This document shows positions 1 to 11,221 of a DNA stretch of 62,536 nucleotides, one piece after another. The notes under the pieces were generated by a model. That model was not told where the DNA came from and made no database searches. It saw nothing but the letters and a program-made list of their open reading frames with translations. The stretch comes from Thraustochytrium aureum. Lineage: Eukaryota. Position 1 is the first letter of the stretch, and every line of letters begins with the position of its first letter. A program made the translations under genes and the position numbers. The stretch covers positions 42,447-104,982 of the forward strand of contig BLSG01000062.1 in assembly GCA_012862495.1 (NCBI GenBank). The letters run 5' to 3'.

Positions 1-2101
1 ACGCTTGTGGCGCGGACCATGTTGCCGCGCGCGTGCGAGAAGCCCGACGAGCTGCGGGCCTGCTTGTTTCGCGCGTCCGCCATGTATCGCATCAAGTCTG
101 CGTCCATGCCGCTCATGCCGCCGCCGCCCATGCCGCCGCCCATGCCGACCCGACCCCGGGAGCCCCGCCCGCCCATAGACCCAAAGCCCGCGGGCGAACC
201 GAATCCCTGAGGGAGAACCAAATCCGCCGAGCCCCTCAGCGCCCGGCATTCCAGCAAAGCCCCCAAAGGCGCCAGCTCCACCGCCGCCCCCACGGCCCTT
301 GCTGCGCATGAACTGCCACATAAAGACAAGGATGCCCACGCCGGCCATGAGCGGCCCGCGAAACCAGTTCATTTCCGGCACGTCTTCGTTGTAGGGCAAA
401 AGCGAGTCGAACAGGACAAGCGAGGCATCGCGCTCCTCCCGCGGCGCAGCAGGCGCGACAGCAACCATGTAGGACGTGGTGCGCAGCGTTTCGCTGAGCG
501 CTACCGTGACGAGGCGCGGAAGCGCCGCGCCAGGCGGCGGCGTGCTGAAGGGCTCGCTCGCAAACAAGAACGAGGGGCCCGTGCGAAGCGTGCCCGTCGT
601 GTTGTAGACGACGACGGTGTTGGCTGATGCGGCGAGGAGGTAGCCCGTCACGCTTCCTACAACGACCGGCTGCTTGGGCTCGCGCTGCCCGCCGGAGGCT
701 GCCTGGACGGCGAGCTTGGCCGTGAGCTGGCAGCTCGCCGCCCCGCTCGAGGCCCGTGAGCGCGTGTTGAGCACGTGAACGTTGCCCTCGTCAGCCGAGC
801 CCGCGTAGATGAGCACAGGCAGGAGCGTGTCAAAGGCGAGCGAGGCGATCTTGGTGCCGTGCGGGAGGTCGCAGAACCGCTTGTTGCTCTGGAGACCGTT
901 CGGCGAGGTGAGGTGCACCCGAGATCCTGCCGCGAAGGCGAGCATGCTGCCGCTCGAGGTGATCGCTGTCACCGCCTCGTCCACGGTAATGCGAGCCCAC
1001 ACACGAAGAGACGCCCGGTGGATGCGGAGCTTGCCATCCGCGTAAGAAGCAACAATGGACGACTGCCGCATTGGCAACACTGGACAACGCCGAGATTCTT
1101 GCAGAGCGGGACCTCGCGCCCTTCGGTGGCCGCGCTCTCCCTCTCGCGGGGCTCCTCCGCCTCGTCCGCCTCGTTCGACTGTTCAGGCTTGCCTTGCTCG
1201 ACCTGTCCGTCGAGCTCGTCGGAATCGTCGCAGATTCCGACCACGTCGACGCGGTCGAGGGCGATCGCCATGGGCTGCGCTGGGGCCCCAAAGGGCTTGC
1301 CGCTCTCGTCCACGGGAGGCCTGGTCACGTCTTCGAGGCCTCTCCGGCGCCCAACAACGCGAGTGCCGTGGAAAGACAGGGTTAGGTTGAACCGTCGCAT
1401 TCGCCCGGACTCGTCGATCACGACAAGATGGGGCACGGGCCCGTCGAGCAAGCCCATCGCGCGAGTGGGAGGCGCATCCGGGGCTAAGAGCTGCTGGCCT
1501 GGGACCTGGCGACCCGTTTGCACGTCCAGCCAGGATATCCAGCCGTCTGCGTGCAGCGTGGCCACCAAGCCGATGTGGCCCGAGTACCCATGGCGCAGCA
1601 AGAGGTTTTGCTCGTCGACCTGCGGAGCAGCAGCACGACTGGCTCGCGCAGCACGACGCGACGGCCTTGCTCCGACGTACTCTGCGCGCCATCGGACGAG
1701 TACCTGCTGACAAAGTAGTTGTCGAAAAAGTGCACTGGGCGTTGGGCGGCGACGCTTTTCGCCGGCGGCTCTGCCTCAACAGCTGCCGCCCGCTTCGAGA
1801 AGCTGTTCGAGGACTGCGAGTCGAGAGCAGCGAGAAGTTGGTCCAGGCCCGCGATCTCGGGGCCCCAGTCCTCGCTTGCACCGAGCACCTTTTCGCGCAC
1901 CGTGCCAAGTAGGTGAACGCGTCTCTCGTACTGGGCGATGAGCCTGCTTGTTTCCTGAATCTCGCGGTCAAGAACCGCAAGGGCTGCCTCCTTTCGCCCC
2001 TGCTCTGCGCTAGCAGCAGGGTCTGGGGACGGTTCTATTCTCCCCTGCTCGCCCGGCGGGTCCAGGAGTTCCACCCCGGCGCCGCAAGCCTCCGCGCGAG
2101 C
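1..2101 (-). CDS. Beta-propeller membrane protein, At1g75140-like family (partial at both ends; apparent frameshifts at ~1624, ~1080 and a compensating pair at ~290/~210)
   Basis: Joining ORF 1484..2074, ORF 969..1601 and a third frame from ~1080 to the window edge gives a coiled-coil N-terminus, WD40-like strands (SIVASYADGKLRIH, IASLAFD, VTGYLLAASANTVVVYN, GPSFLF), then LFDSLLPY..NWFRGPLMAGVGILVFMWQF (TM) and a Gly/Met-rich tail. The start probably lies in the gap. Confidence 0.6.
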
Positions 2102-2951
2102 NNNNNNNNNNNNNNNNNNNNNNNNNNNNNNNNNNNNNNNNNNNNNNNNNNNNNNNNNNNNNNNNNNNNNNNNNNNNNNNNNNNNNNNNNNNNNNNNNNN
2201 NNNNNNNNNNNNNNNNNNNNNNNNNNNNNNNNNNNNNNNNNNNNNNNNNNNNNNNNNNNNNNNNNNNNNNNNNNNNNNNNNNNNNNNNNNNNNNNNNNNN
2301 NNNNNNNNNNNNNNNNNNNNNNNNNNNNNNNNNNNNNNNNNNNNNNNNNNNNNNNNNNNNNNNNNNNNNNNNNNNNNNNNNNNNNNNNNNNNNNNNNNNN
2401 NNNNNNNNNNNNNNNNNNNNNNNNNNNNNNNNNNNNNNNNNNNNNNNNNNNNNNNNNNNNNNNNNNNNNNNNNNNNNNNNNNNNNNNNNNNNNNNNNNNN
2501 NNNNNNNNNNNNNNNNNNNNNNNNNNNNNNNNNNNNNNNNNNNNNNNNNNNNNNNNNNNNNNNNNNNNNNNNNNNNNNNNNNNNNNNNNNNNNNNNNNNN
2601 NNNNNNNNNNNNNNNNNNNNNNNNNNNNNNNNNNNNNNNNNNNNNNNNNNNNNNNNNNNNNNNNNNNNNNNNNNNNNNNNNNNNNNNNNNNNNNNNNNNN
2701 NNNNNNNNNNNNNNNNNNNNNNNNNNNNNNNNNNNNNNNNNNNNNNNNNNNNNNNNNNNNNNNNNNNNNNNNNNNNNNNNNNNNNNNNNNNNNNNNNNNN
2801 NNNNNNNNNNNNNNNNNNNNNNNNNNNNNNNNNNNNNNNNNNNNNNNNNNNNNNNNNNNNNNNNNNNNNNNNNNNNNNNNNNNNNNNNNNNNNNNNNNNN
2901 NNNNNNNNNNNNNNNNNNNNNNNNNNNNNNNNNNNNNNNNNNNNNNNNNNN

Positions 2952-4111
2952 GCTCATGGCTGTCTGGAAGCTGGGCCCGGCCCTTGCGAGCGGCTGCACG
3001 GCAGTGCTCAAGCCCAGCGAGCTGACGCCCATGACGGCAATCGAGATCGCGAAGATGTGCCAAGCGGTGGGCTTGCCTCGCGGCGTGCTCAACATTGTGA
3101 CCGGGGCCTCTGCCACGGGCGCGGCGCTTGTCTCGCACCCTGACGTTGCGCTCGTCGCTTTCACGGGCTCGGTGTCGACCGGCGTCAAGGTGGCCCTCGC
3201 CTGCGCGCCCCAGGTCAAGGCTGTGGGGCTGGAGCTTGGCGGCAAGTCTGCGGCGATCGTGTTTGCGGACAGCGACCTCAACAAGGCGGCGGAGTGGGTT
3301 GCTTTCGGGTGCTTTTGGACGAACGGGCAGATTTGCTCGGCGACGAGCCGTAAGTGTGGCTTCCTTGGGGACGGTGCGCAGTTTGCTTGCAGGCGAAGGA
3401 ACAGGAAGTGTGTTGGGGGGGTGGGCGCCTTGCGTCGACGGGGAAGCGGCTGCTTGAGCGCTCGGCGCGTGCGCGGGCTGACAGCGCAGAACTGGAGCAG
3501 GCCTCCTTGTCGAAGAGAGTGTGCGCGAGGCGTTCCTCGCCAAGCTGCGCGCCATCGGCCAAGCCATCAAGATGGGCGACCCGATGGACGCCGACTGCCG
3601 GCTCGGCCCGCTCGTGAGCGCCGCGCAGCGCGACAAGGTCCTCGACTTGGTCCAGAGGGGCGTCGCTCAGGGAGCCAAGCTCGAGCTGGGTTCCGCCAAG
3701 CGGCCGGATTGCAAGGGCTTCTTCGTGGAGCCGCACATTCTCGCGGTCAACAGCGCCGACAACGTGGTCTGGCGCGAGGAGATCTTTGGGCCAGTCCTGA
3801 GCGTCATGTCGTTCAAGTCTGAGGGCGACGCCGTCGCCGCCGCCAACGACTCCAAGTACGGGCTCGCCGCTGCAGTGTTTACCGCGGACAGTGACCGCCT
3901 CGTTCGCGTCAGCAACGCCCTGCAGACTGGCATCGTCTGGAACAACTGCTCGCAGCCGTGCTTTTCGCAGCTCCCTTGGGGAGGGCGCAAGCTCAGCGGC
4001 TTTGGCCGAGATTTGGGCGAGTACGGCTTGGCCAAGTTCCTCGAGCCCAAGCAGGTCGTCAAGCGCGTTTCTGCGGACCCGCTCGACTGGTACGACACCA
4101 GCAAGCTGTGA
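2952..4111 (+). CDS. ALDH10: Aminoaldehyde/betaine aldehyde dehydrogenase (ALDH10 family), peroxisomal, 5'-partial; exons <2952-3349 and 3501-4111
   Basis: Motifs LKPSE, FTGS, LELGGKS and [19 protein letters not shown] (catalytic Cys, joined across the intron), then EEIFGPV and [11 protein letters not shown]. It ends WYDTSKL*, a PTS1 signal. Confidence 0.92.
3350..3500 (+). other. Spliceosomal GT-AG intron (151 bp) in ALDH10
   Basis: Donor GTAAGT at 3350, branch-like GCTGAC at ~3477, acceptor CAG ending at 3500. Splicing restores SATSR|LLVEESV. Confidence 0.92.
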
Positions 4112-4733
4112 TCGATCGCCCTGGCCGTTTTTTATTGGTCAATCAATAAGCTGGCAAAGGGACACAAGTGAGCGAGCGCTTGTGGGCCGCCGGCTGGAGG
4201 TTCGTTCAAGCGAGAGCCAGCTCTTTTTCAAACACCATTTCCGAGAGAATCGAACGACCGCCACCACTCCTCGTCAGGCTGCCTTGCGTATCAAGTTGCA
4301 ACACCACGCGATGCCCGCCAGCAATCCTCGCGCTTGACTTCGCTCTGTTCGCCCTCGTCAATCCCGCGCAGGTCGGCCGAGCCAACACGCGCGCGTGGGC
4401 GAGCCACCTTGCCCCGTTCGCCAGCACCGATTTCGCGCTCTTGACTGGCCAGAGCGGCTGCTCAGGCGCCGTTCGGGTCCCCTTTATTGCACCGCACACC
4501 CTCAAACTTCCTAGGACGCGTGAGACGAAGAGCAACTCGCGAGTGAACGCGCAATGCAGCTCCCTCTGCTGCGGCCGCGGCTCTTGAATCGCTCTGGTTT
4601 ATGTTTTTGATTGATTTCGTCAGTGAGGTTGAAAGTGGGGTGTGCGACATGAGCAGAAGGATGTTCAACGCAAAGCAAAACAACACAGACGTGCCATGCG
4701 AGTGAAATCACACTCGTTGATGACCATGCGCAG

Positions 4734-4800
4734 TCAGGCAATCAGGCAGGCAATCAGGCAGGCAATCAGGCAGGCAGGCAAGCAGGCAATCAGGCAGGCA
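4734..4800. repeat. Tandem repeat of 12-bp CAGGCAATCAGG / CAGG units
   Basis: About 5 copies directly visible. Confidence 0.85.
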
Positions 4801-5193
4801 GTCCCCCATCGCGCGCGGCAAATCGCTCGAGTCCAACGCGCAGTCGTCCGGCCAACGGTCCATCTAGCGGTCCAGCCAGGCAGCTAGGCAGNNNNNNNNN
4901 NNNNNNNNNNNNNNNNNNNNNNNNNNNNNNNNNNNNNNNNNNNNNNNNNNNNNNNNNNNNNNNNNNNNNNNNNNNNNNNNNNNNNNNNNNNNNNNNNNNN
5001 NNNNNNNNNNNNNNNNNNNNNNNNNNNNNNNNNNNNNNNNNNNNNNNNNNNNNAGTCGTCCATCCACTTGGGCGTCCAGCCTGCCAGCTCGTCGAGCAGG
5101 ACGGCTGATATTGAGTGGCGCTCGACCCAGCTGCCAGTGCTGACGCAGAGCTGCGGCGCCGGGTGAAGCGCGTGGAGGTCGGCGCGACGGGAG

Positions 5194-6543
5194 ATGGCGG
5201 AGGCCGTGGCCGAGGAAGATCTGAGTCAGCGGTTGCTGGAGGCTATGGAAAGGCGCGAGTCCGGACACGACGACGAGGTTGAACCGGAAGGGAACGAGAG
5301 CGACCTCGGCGAGCCCGCTGTTGAGGAGGTCGAGGAAGAAGAGGAGGAGGAAAAGGTGCGGCGGCGCAAGAGCTCTGGCAAGGCGCGGAAAAGCGCGTCG
5401 AAGAGCAAGGCAAGGTCGCGCGGGTCAACGACGGCCGCGGTCACTGACAAGGAAGAGATGGCCAATGCCGCAGGGCGGCACTTGCGCACGGCGCTAGGGT
5501 TTGCACTGGTCGCGATCCTCGTGTTTGACTTGTTCACCATGGGGCTGCGCGCAGGCAGCACCCCCTTCGTGGACTGGTGGGACATGATCGGAACGGCTGC
5601 CTACTTGCGCGGCCGGCACGAGCAGTTTGCGCTGCGCAAGAAGGCCAACCAGCGCAGCCTCGCATGGGCCGGCTATGTCGTTTTGGACGCCTTCATTCTG
5701 TACGAGATCGCAGGCAAGACCGCGCGCACGGTGATGCGCAAGACGCCCGTGCTGCCCACCCTGATGGGCCTGTCTGACTTTATCGTGTACGGGTTCTTGC
5801 CAGTGCAATTCTTTCCCGGTGACTACCTGTACGAGCTGGCGGACAAGAACGACGTGCACGTGCTGATCATCAGCGCGTTCTGGGGCCTCACCAAGGTGCG
5901 CAGCCTCAGCGGACAGATCCGCGAGGCCGTCTTTGTGCACCACTACGGCTTTCCCGCGGCCTTTATGCTCTGCATGCTCTCGTGCGAGATCGCGTCCGTG
6001 TACAGCCGAATCGAAATGAACCTCACGCGGTTTCCGCTCAAGGAATGCATGCGCCGCTTCCCGGGCGGCATGCTCAAGTGGACGACCTCGCGCACGTTTA
6101 TGAGCTCGATCTTCATCTCGATCTTCATGTATGCCACCGTCAAGGTCTCTCACATCCCCGTTGTCTGGGTGGTCCCGAACCTGCTCGCGCTGATGGCATG
6201 CTTTTACCGGTACGCCAACGGCCTCCTGGAGCGCACCGTCGGGCCCTACCTCAAGCTGGACAAGTCGGTGAGGGAATACGACGCGCAGCTCAAGAGCCTC
6301 GTAGAGCGGCTCGACGCTGCGGAGCTCCAAGACTCGCTCAAGGCCGTGCCCGACAAGGTGGTGCACGAGTCGATCAAGCTCACCGAGAGCCTGATCCTCA
6401 GCTTGGACAAGCTGGGCGAAGACTCCAAGTACGACCTGGAGGAGCTCATGCGGCGCTTGCAGGAGCTGAGCGCCCAGCTCGAGCACCAAGCGGCGGGCTC
6501 GTCGGAGCCCTCCAAGCCTGCCAAGTCCAAGAAGGTCGACTAG
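5194..6543 (+). CDS. Multi-pass membrane protein, probable divergent TRIC/TMEM38 cation channel homologue
   Basis: 449-aa ORF with an acidic/basic N-terminus, about 7 hydrophobic segments and a coiled-coil C-tail. VQFFPGDYLYEL, GLTKVRSLSGQIREAVFVHHYG and SRTFMSSIFISIF are colinear with the TRIC segments IFFCPxDLFYK, KEVxRVRKIxxGIHHAHHHY and SFPTKASLYGAI (recalled, not computed). Confidence 0.55.
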   Translation: MAEAVAEEDLSQRLLEAMERRESGHDDEVEPEGNESDLGEPAVEEVEEEEEEEKVRRRKSSGKARKSASKSKARSRGSTTAAVTDKEEMANAAGRHLRTALGFALVAILVFDLFTMGLRAGSTPFVDWWDMIGTAAYLRGRHEQFALRKKANQRSLAWAGYVVLDAFILYEIAGKTARTVMRKTPVLPTLMGLSDFIVYGFLPVQFFPGDYLYELADKNDVHVLIISAFWGLTKVRSLSGQIREAVFVHHYGFPAAFMLCMLSCEIASVYSRIEMNLTRFPLKECMRRFPGGMLKWTTSRTFMSSIFISIFMYATVKVSHIPVVWVVPNLLALMACFYRYANGLLERTVGPYLKLDKSVREYDAQLKSLVERLDAAELQDSLKAVPDKVVHESIKLTESLILSLDKLGEDSKYDLEELMRRLQELSAQLEHQAAGSSEPSKPAKSKKVD

Positions 6544-6867
6544 GTTGGCTGTCACGCGGCGGCCGACGACGAAGGCAGGGCTTGCAAACGCGAGAGCGTG
6601 CGAGCTCAGCCTGGACGCGCGCGACGCCGGCGCGCGCGGCCCGGAGGACGCTTCTGCCAAGGGCGCGCTTGCATCAACCTACCTACCTCTGCAGGGATAG
6701 ACCTCGAGCTGGAGCTAGGACAAGTGCTGCTGCGCTGCATACTGACCACTAATTAGAAGAAGAAATCTTGACGTTTTTTGGTCCCGAGTGCGCCAAAGGA
6801 CAAACAACACAAGCACAAGGTGCAAACCACCAATCCAGGCAGGCGGAAACCTCTCTTCAATCGGAGT

Positions 6868-8082
6868 CTACGACTCGGCAATCCTGCGCTTGATGATCTC
6901 GAGGTCGCGCATGTCGCGCTTGACAATCTGCATCAAGCTGTCAATGCCCTGCCTCTGCAGGTCCAGAAAGTTGAATATTGCCACTTGGTCCTGCTCGGTC
7001 GCAAAGGCCCCGCCAGAGGGCCGTAGGTCGCCACGCAAGGACAGCTTTGAGTCTTGGTAGTCTTCGAGCTCCATCTGCGTCACAATCGAGGTAAGCTGCG
7101 CGCGGCAGCCCCTTGGGTCGTTGAGCGCGCTCTCGAGCCTCCCGAGCCGTTGATCAAAGTCGATTTCTGGCTTGGCGCGCCCGCCCCGCATCGACGCGCA
7201 TTGGAGACGCTCGAGTCGCCCGAGCGCCTTGATCAAGCGGTGCTTGAGGCGAATGTGCTCGTGCCGGCACTGCTCGATCTGCTCCTGCGGTTCGCCCACC
7301 TCCAGCTTGAACCAGAGCTGGTTTCGCTCCCCTTCGGAGGGCCCCGAGGACTCTTTCGACTCGTCCAGCTCTCGGATTGTAGACAGCTGCAAACCGCCCC
7401 CACCGTCGGCCTCTTGCTGCTGGCCCTGGTTGGCCCCGCTTCCAACTTGCGGTCTCTGCACCGCCTTGCTCGGCGGCTGCGAAAGCATCTCAAGCTGCGC
7501 TCGCACGTGCGCGGCCTGCTGCTCGACGCGCTCGTACAAAGCGTCGACGCCGATCACTGGCGCCGGCATCCAGTTGATGGGGTCGGGGTTCTTGTCCTCG
7601 GCGCGCTGCCACTCGCGCTCGTCGATCCACGGGTTGGCCTGGAGCACCAGACGTTTGCGCTGCGTTTTGATGTTGTCCACGTGGGCGAGCGCAACCGCGC
7701 CACTATGCACCATGAGGTCCGGCGCGATGCCGAGCACCTCGTAGAGCATCGTCTGGAACCTGCTGCCTTGCCCGGCCTTGTAGGCAGCCTGCACGCTCAT
7801 CAGCTCGCGGTACCACCACGGCGCGGCGGTTGGCAGTTGCTGTGGCGGTTGCTGCTGCTGCTGTTGCTGTTGCTGCTGCTGCCCGAAGATTCCGCCTGAC
7901 TGCGGCTGCTGCATGTTGTTGCTGCTTCCGAACAACCCCCCTGACTGCGCGTTGTTCGAGGCGCCAAACAAGCCGCCAGGTTGGGGCGAGGCGCTGCTTC
8001 CAAAGAGCCCCCCGCCCTGCGCATTGTTGCTACCTCCGAACAGCCCGCCCGGCTGCGCGTTGCTGCTGCCTCCGAACAAGCT
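6868..8082 (-). CDS. NUP54: FG-nucleoporin Nup54/Nup57 (5'-partial)
   Basis: GGLFG repeats, a poly-Q linker, then W..A..KNPDP..WMPAPVIGVDALYERVEQQ and a C-terminal coiled coil (QRQGIDSLMQIVKRDMRDLEII). Confidence 0.85.
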   Translation of the reverse strand, partial: SLFGGSSNAQPGGLFGGSNNAQGGGLFGSSASPQPGGLFGASNNAQSGGLFGSSNNMQQPQSGGIFGQQQQQQQQQQQPPQQLPTAAPWWYRELMSVQAAYKAGQGSRFQTMLYEVLGIAPDLMVHSGAVALAHVDNIKTQRKRLVLQANPWIDEREWQRAEDKNPDPINWMPAPVIGVDALYERVEQQAAHVRAQLEMLSQPPSKAVQRPQVGSGANQGQQQEADGGGGLQLSTIRELDESKESSGPSEGERNQLWFKLEVGEPQEQIEQCRHEHIRLKHRLIKALGRLERLQCASMRGGRAKPEIDFDQRLGRLESALNDPRGCRAQLTSIVTQMELEDYQDSKLSLRGDLRPSGGAFATEQDQVAIFNFLDLQRQGIDSLMQIVKRDMRDLEIIKRRIAES

Positions 8083-8939
8083 NNNNNNNNNNNNNNNNNN
8101 NNNNNNNNNNNNNNNNNNNNNNNNNNNNNNNNNNNNNNNNNNNNNNNNNNNNNNNNNNNNNNNNNNNNNNNNNNNNNNNNNNNNNNNNNNNNNNNNNNNN
8201 NNNNNNNNNNNNNNNNNNNNNNNNNNNNNNNNNNNNNNNNNNNNNNNNNNNNNNNNNNNNNNNNNNNNNNNNNNNNNNNNNNNNNNNNNNNNNNNNNNNN
8301 NNNNNNNNNNNNNNNNNNNNNNNNNNNNNNNNNNNNNNNNNNNNNNNNNNNNNNNNNNNNNNNNNNNNNNNNNNNNNNNNNNNNNNNNNNNNNNNNNNNN
8401 NNNNNNNNNNNNNNNNNNNNNNNNNNNNNNNNNNNNNNNNNNNNNNNNNNNNNNNNNNNNNNNNNNNNNNNNNNNNNNNNNNNNNNNNNNNNNNNNNNNN
8501 NNNNNNNNNNNNNNNNNNNNNNNNNNNNNNNNNNNNNNNNNNNNNNNNNNNNNNNNNNNNNNNNNNNNNNNNNNNNNNNNNNNNNNNNNNNNNNNNNNNN
8601 NNNNNNNNNNNNNNNNNNNNNNNNNNNNNNNNNNNNNNNNNNNNNNNNNNNNNNNNNNNNNNNNNNNNNNNNNNNNNNNNNNNNNNNNNNNNNNNNNNNN
8701 NNNNNNNNNNNNNNNNNNNNNNNNNNNNNNNNNNNNNNNNNNNNNNNNNNNNNNNNNNNNNNNNNNNNNNNNNNNNNNNNNNNNNNNNNNNNNNNNNNNN
8801 NNNNNNNNNNNNNNNNNNNNNNNNNNNNNNNNNNNNNNNNNNNNNNNNNNNNNNNNNNNNNNNNNNNNNNNNNNNNNNNNNNNNNNNNNNNNNNNNNNNN
8901 NNNNNNNNNNNNNNNNNNNNNNNNNNNNNNNNNNNNNNN

Positions 8940-10054
8940 GCTGTCCGTCTTGCACTCGGGCACCTTGCCCAGGCTGAAAGCGTTGGCGCCAATCTCCTCA
9001 CAGCTGATGCACAGCGCGGGAAGGATCTCGTACGTGTTGGTAAAGACGGCGTCGCTGCCCGAGGGGACGAGCTGCGTCACGCTCGTGCGCAACTCCATAT
9101 CCTGGCGAATCTTCTTCGTCAGGTCTGCGTTCTTTTCGTTGAGGAAGGGGAGGATGGCCGCCGTGAAAGCCCAACCCTCAGCCATGGCCTTGATGTCACC
9201 GCCGTCACCCTTGGTCGGGTCTGACTTGAACGCGTACAGGAGCATGCCCTGGATCAACGGGATTTGGATTTGCTTGCGGATGATCTGATACTGCTCGCTC
9301 GCCTTGGAGCATTCGTTGGCCTGGATCGCGGCCAGCCCAGCGCGAAAAGCCGCGAGCGCCTCGCGGTTCGCGTCAGCCGTCGGTTCTGTCGCCCCGTTGC
9401 CGTTGCATGTACCAAAGCTCTCGCACCGCTTTTCTGCGAGCGTGTACAGCAGCTCGCCGCTGCCTTGGCCCGTTGCGTCGACCAACGAACCGATGTAGAA
9501 CGCGGCGCCCTCGTCCCAGTTCTTCACGCCATCGTTGCCCTCAAAGCAGAGCGACACGGATTTCGCCAGCTCGTACAAGACGTACATGAGGACGACCTGG
9601 TACTGCACGCCTTTTTAACCAGTTGGTCGCGGGCCACTTGGCCAAGACCGGTCGCCGAACCGGTGTCCTCGAGCGCGTTGGTCACAAAGCGGTGGGCGTA
9701 GTCGTCCGCACCGTAGTAGGTTGCGAACAGGTCAAACTCGGGCAGAATGCGCCCGTTTACCTTGTCGGTTTGAATGGAATCCGCCTGCTGCCGCAGTCCG
9801 GTCGAAAACGCCGCCAGTTTCCGAAGGGAGTCGCTCTTTGCCGAGTTGCGTCCGTTCTCGTACACGTCCTGCGCGTCATCCCAGAGGCCGAATTTTGTGT
9901 AGTTGGAAATGTCCTTGACGTCCAAGTCGATCCGCCGGTGCTCCGAGACGTCCTTCGCAGACGTGTAAAACCCAAAGGTGGATTGTCCGCTGGCCGCCGT
10001 GGCCGCCGCGGCCGCCGCCGCCACCAACGCGAGGAACTTGCTGTTGGCTGTCAT
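8940..10054 (-). CDS. Secreted low-iron-inducible FEA1/phytotransferrin-like protein (3' end in gap; apparent frameshift at ~9610)
   Basis: Signal peptide MTANSKFLALVAAAAAAATAASG, then DVSEHRRIDLD, YENGRNS, YYGADDYA, KK[G]VQYQVVLMYVLYEL, WDEGAAFYIGSL, LLYTLAEKRC..FGTC, IPLIQG.L.YA and AEGWAFTAAILP, which are Fea1-domain motifs. Confidence 0.8.
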
Positions 10055-10328
10055 TTTCGCTCTGCTGGGCTGAGCTTTAAAACCGGACGGGTGGCTTGCT
10101 TGCCTTGCGAAACGTGCTCGTGTTGGGGGACTGCACAACAGGTGGTACTCGTACCGGAAGAGTGCCCACTGCAGGTTCCAAGACGCCATTTGGGCACATC
10201 CTTTTGGTTGAGAGTGATGTTGCAATGGATCCCAACGAAAACATTCGTTTTGCGTCCTTCTTTCATTGGTGGGGTTCGGAGACGACAGATACGACAACGA
10301 CGCACGAGGCACTCACCGACCACTGGCA

Positions 10329-10966
10329 GTGGTTGCCAACTTCTTCACCAGCAAGCCCGCAGCCTAGGTTGGTTTGTGGCTGTGGCGGAGCAGCGACAAG
10401 CAGTCGCAGTTCTGGGTTTCTATTGGCCGCTCAGCGTCGGGCCAATCGTGGGTGCGAGCCAATCGCAGCATGCGATGTGTCCGATCTACAAGGCGTGCTC
10501 GGGGTGCTGCCAGAGCAGGCAGATGCTGTGCTTGCTGTGCGCGCTCACAAGTTGGTTGACCTGCGGCCGTCATTTCACTCGGATGTTTCTCACCTTGGAT
10601 CGGGAGTTCGTTCAAGGCGAACGGCTCGGCGGGACGTGGCGCTCATGACCTGGCGCCATGACTTCAGGCCAATTGTTCCTGAAAACATTGGCGTCTTCGT
10701 TTGGTTTTGACTCGATTTGCGTTCTTGTAGGCCTACGTAGTGGTGCCGTTTCGAGGCGACAGAAGCGACAACCGACCAGGCAGACTCTACAGTCAGTGAT
10801 CAGCGGGCCGACCTGTGGTTCCCAACTTGTTTTCACCAACAGGACCGCAGTTTGGTGACTCTGTGGCTGTGGCGAAGCAGCGACAAGCAGCACAAGGATT
10901 CGATTAGCCACAGCATTGGGTCGTCGTGGGTGAGAGCCAATCGCGAGCTGAGATCTGTCCGACCTA
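10329..10966. repeat. Diverged direct repeat, ~150 bp per copy (~10329-10488 and ~10815-10966), upstream of the FEA1-like gene
   Basis: Colinear shared blocks: GTGGTT.CCAACTT..TTCACCA, TGTGGCTGTGGCG.AGCAGCGACAAGCAG, TCGTGGGTG.GAGCCAATCGC and GAT.TGTCCGA.CTA. Confidence 0.8.
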
Positions 10967-11221
10967 TGGCACATTCCTCCGCCTCGGCGCAATCCGCTTG
11001 GTTTGGTGCAACTGCGCTCTCGTTCGCAACAATGAGGACGCGATGGCACGACGCGAAGAATTTCGCGCGCCGAGCGACTCAATCCCAACGTCATGCTCGC
11101 GCACAGAAAACTTTGTCGAAATACTACGGAAGTGACCGACGTGTCCAGCCAGGCACGTACCAATTCACTTTCGGCTACCGCGACAGCCACCTTCAAGCTG
11201 CGTGACCTGCCGCTGCCTTCT

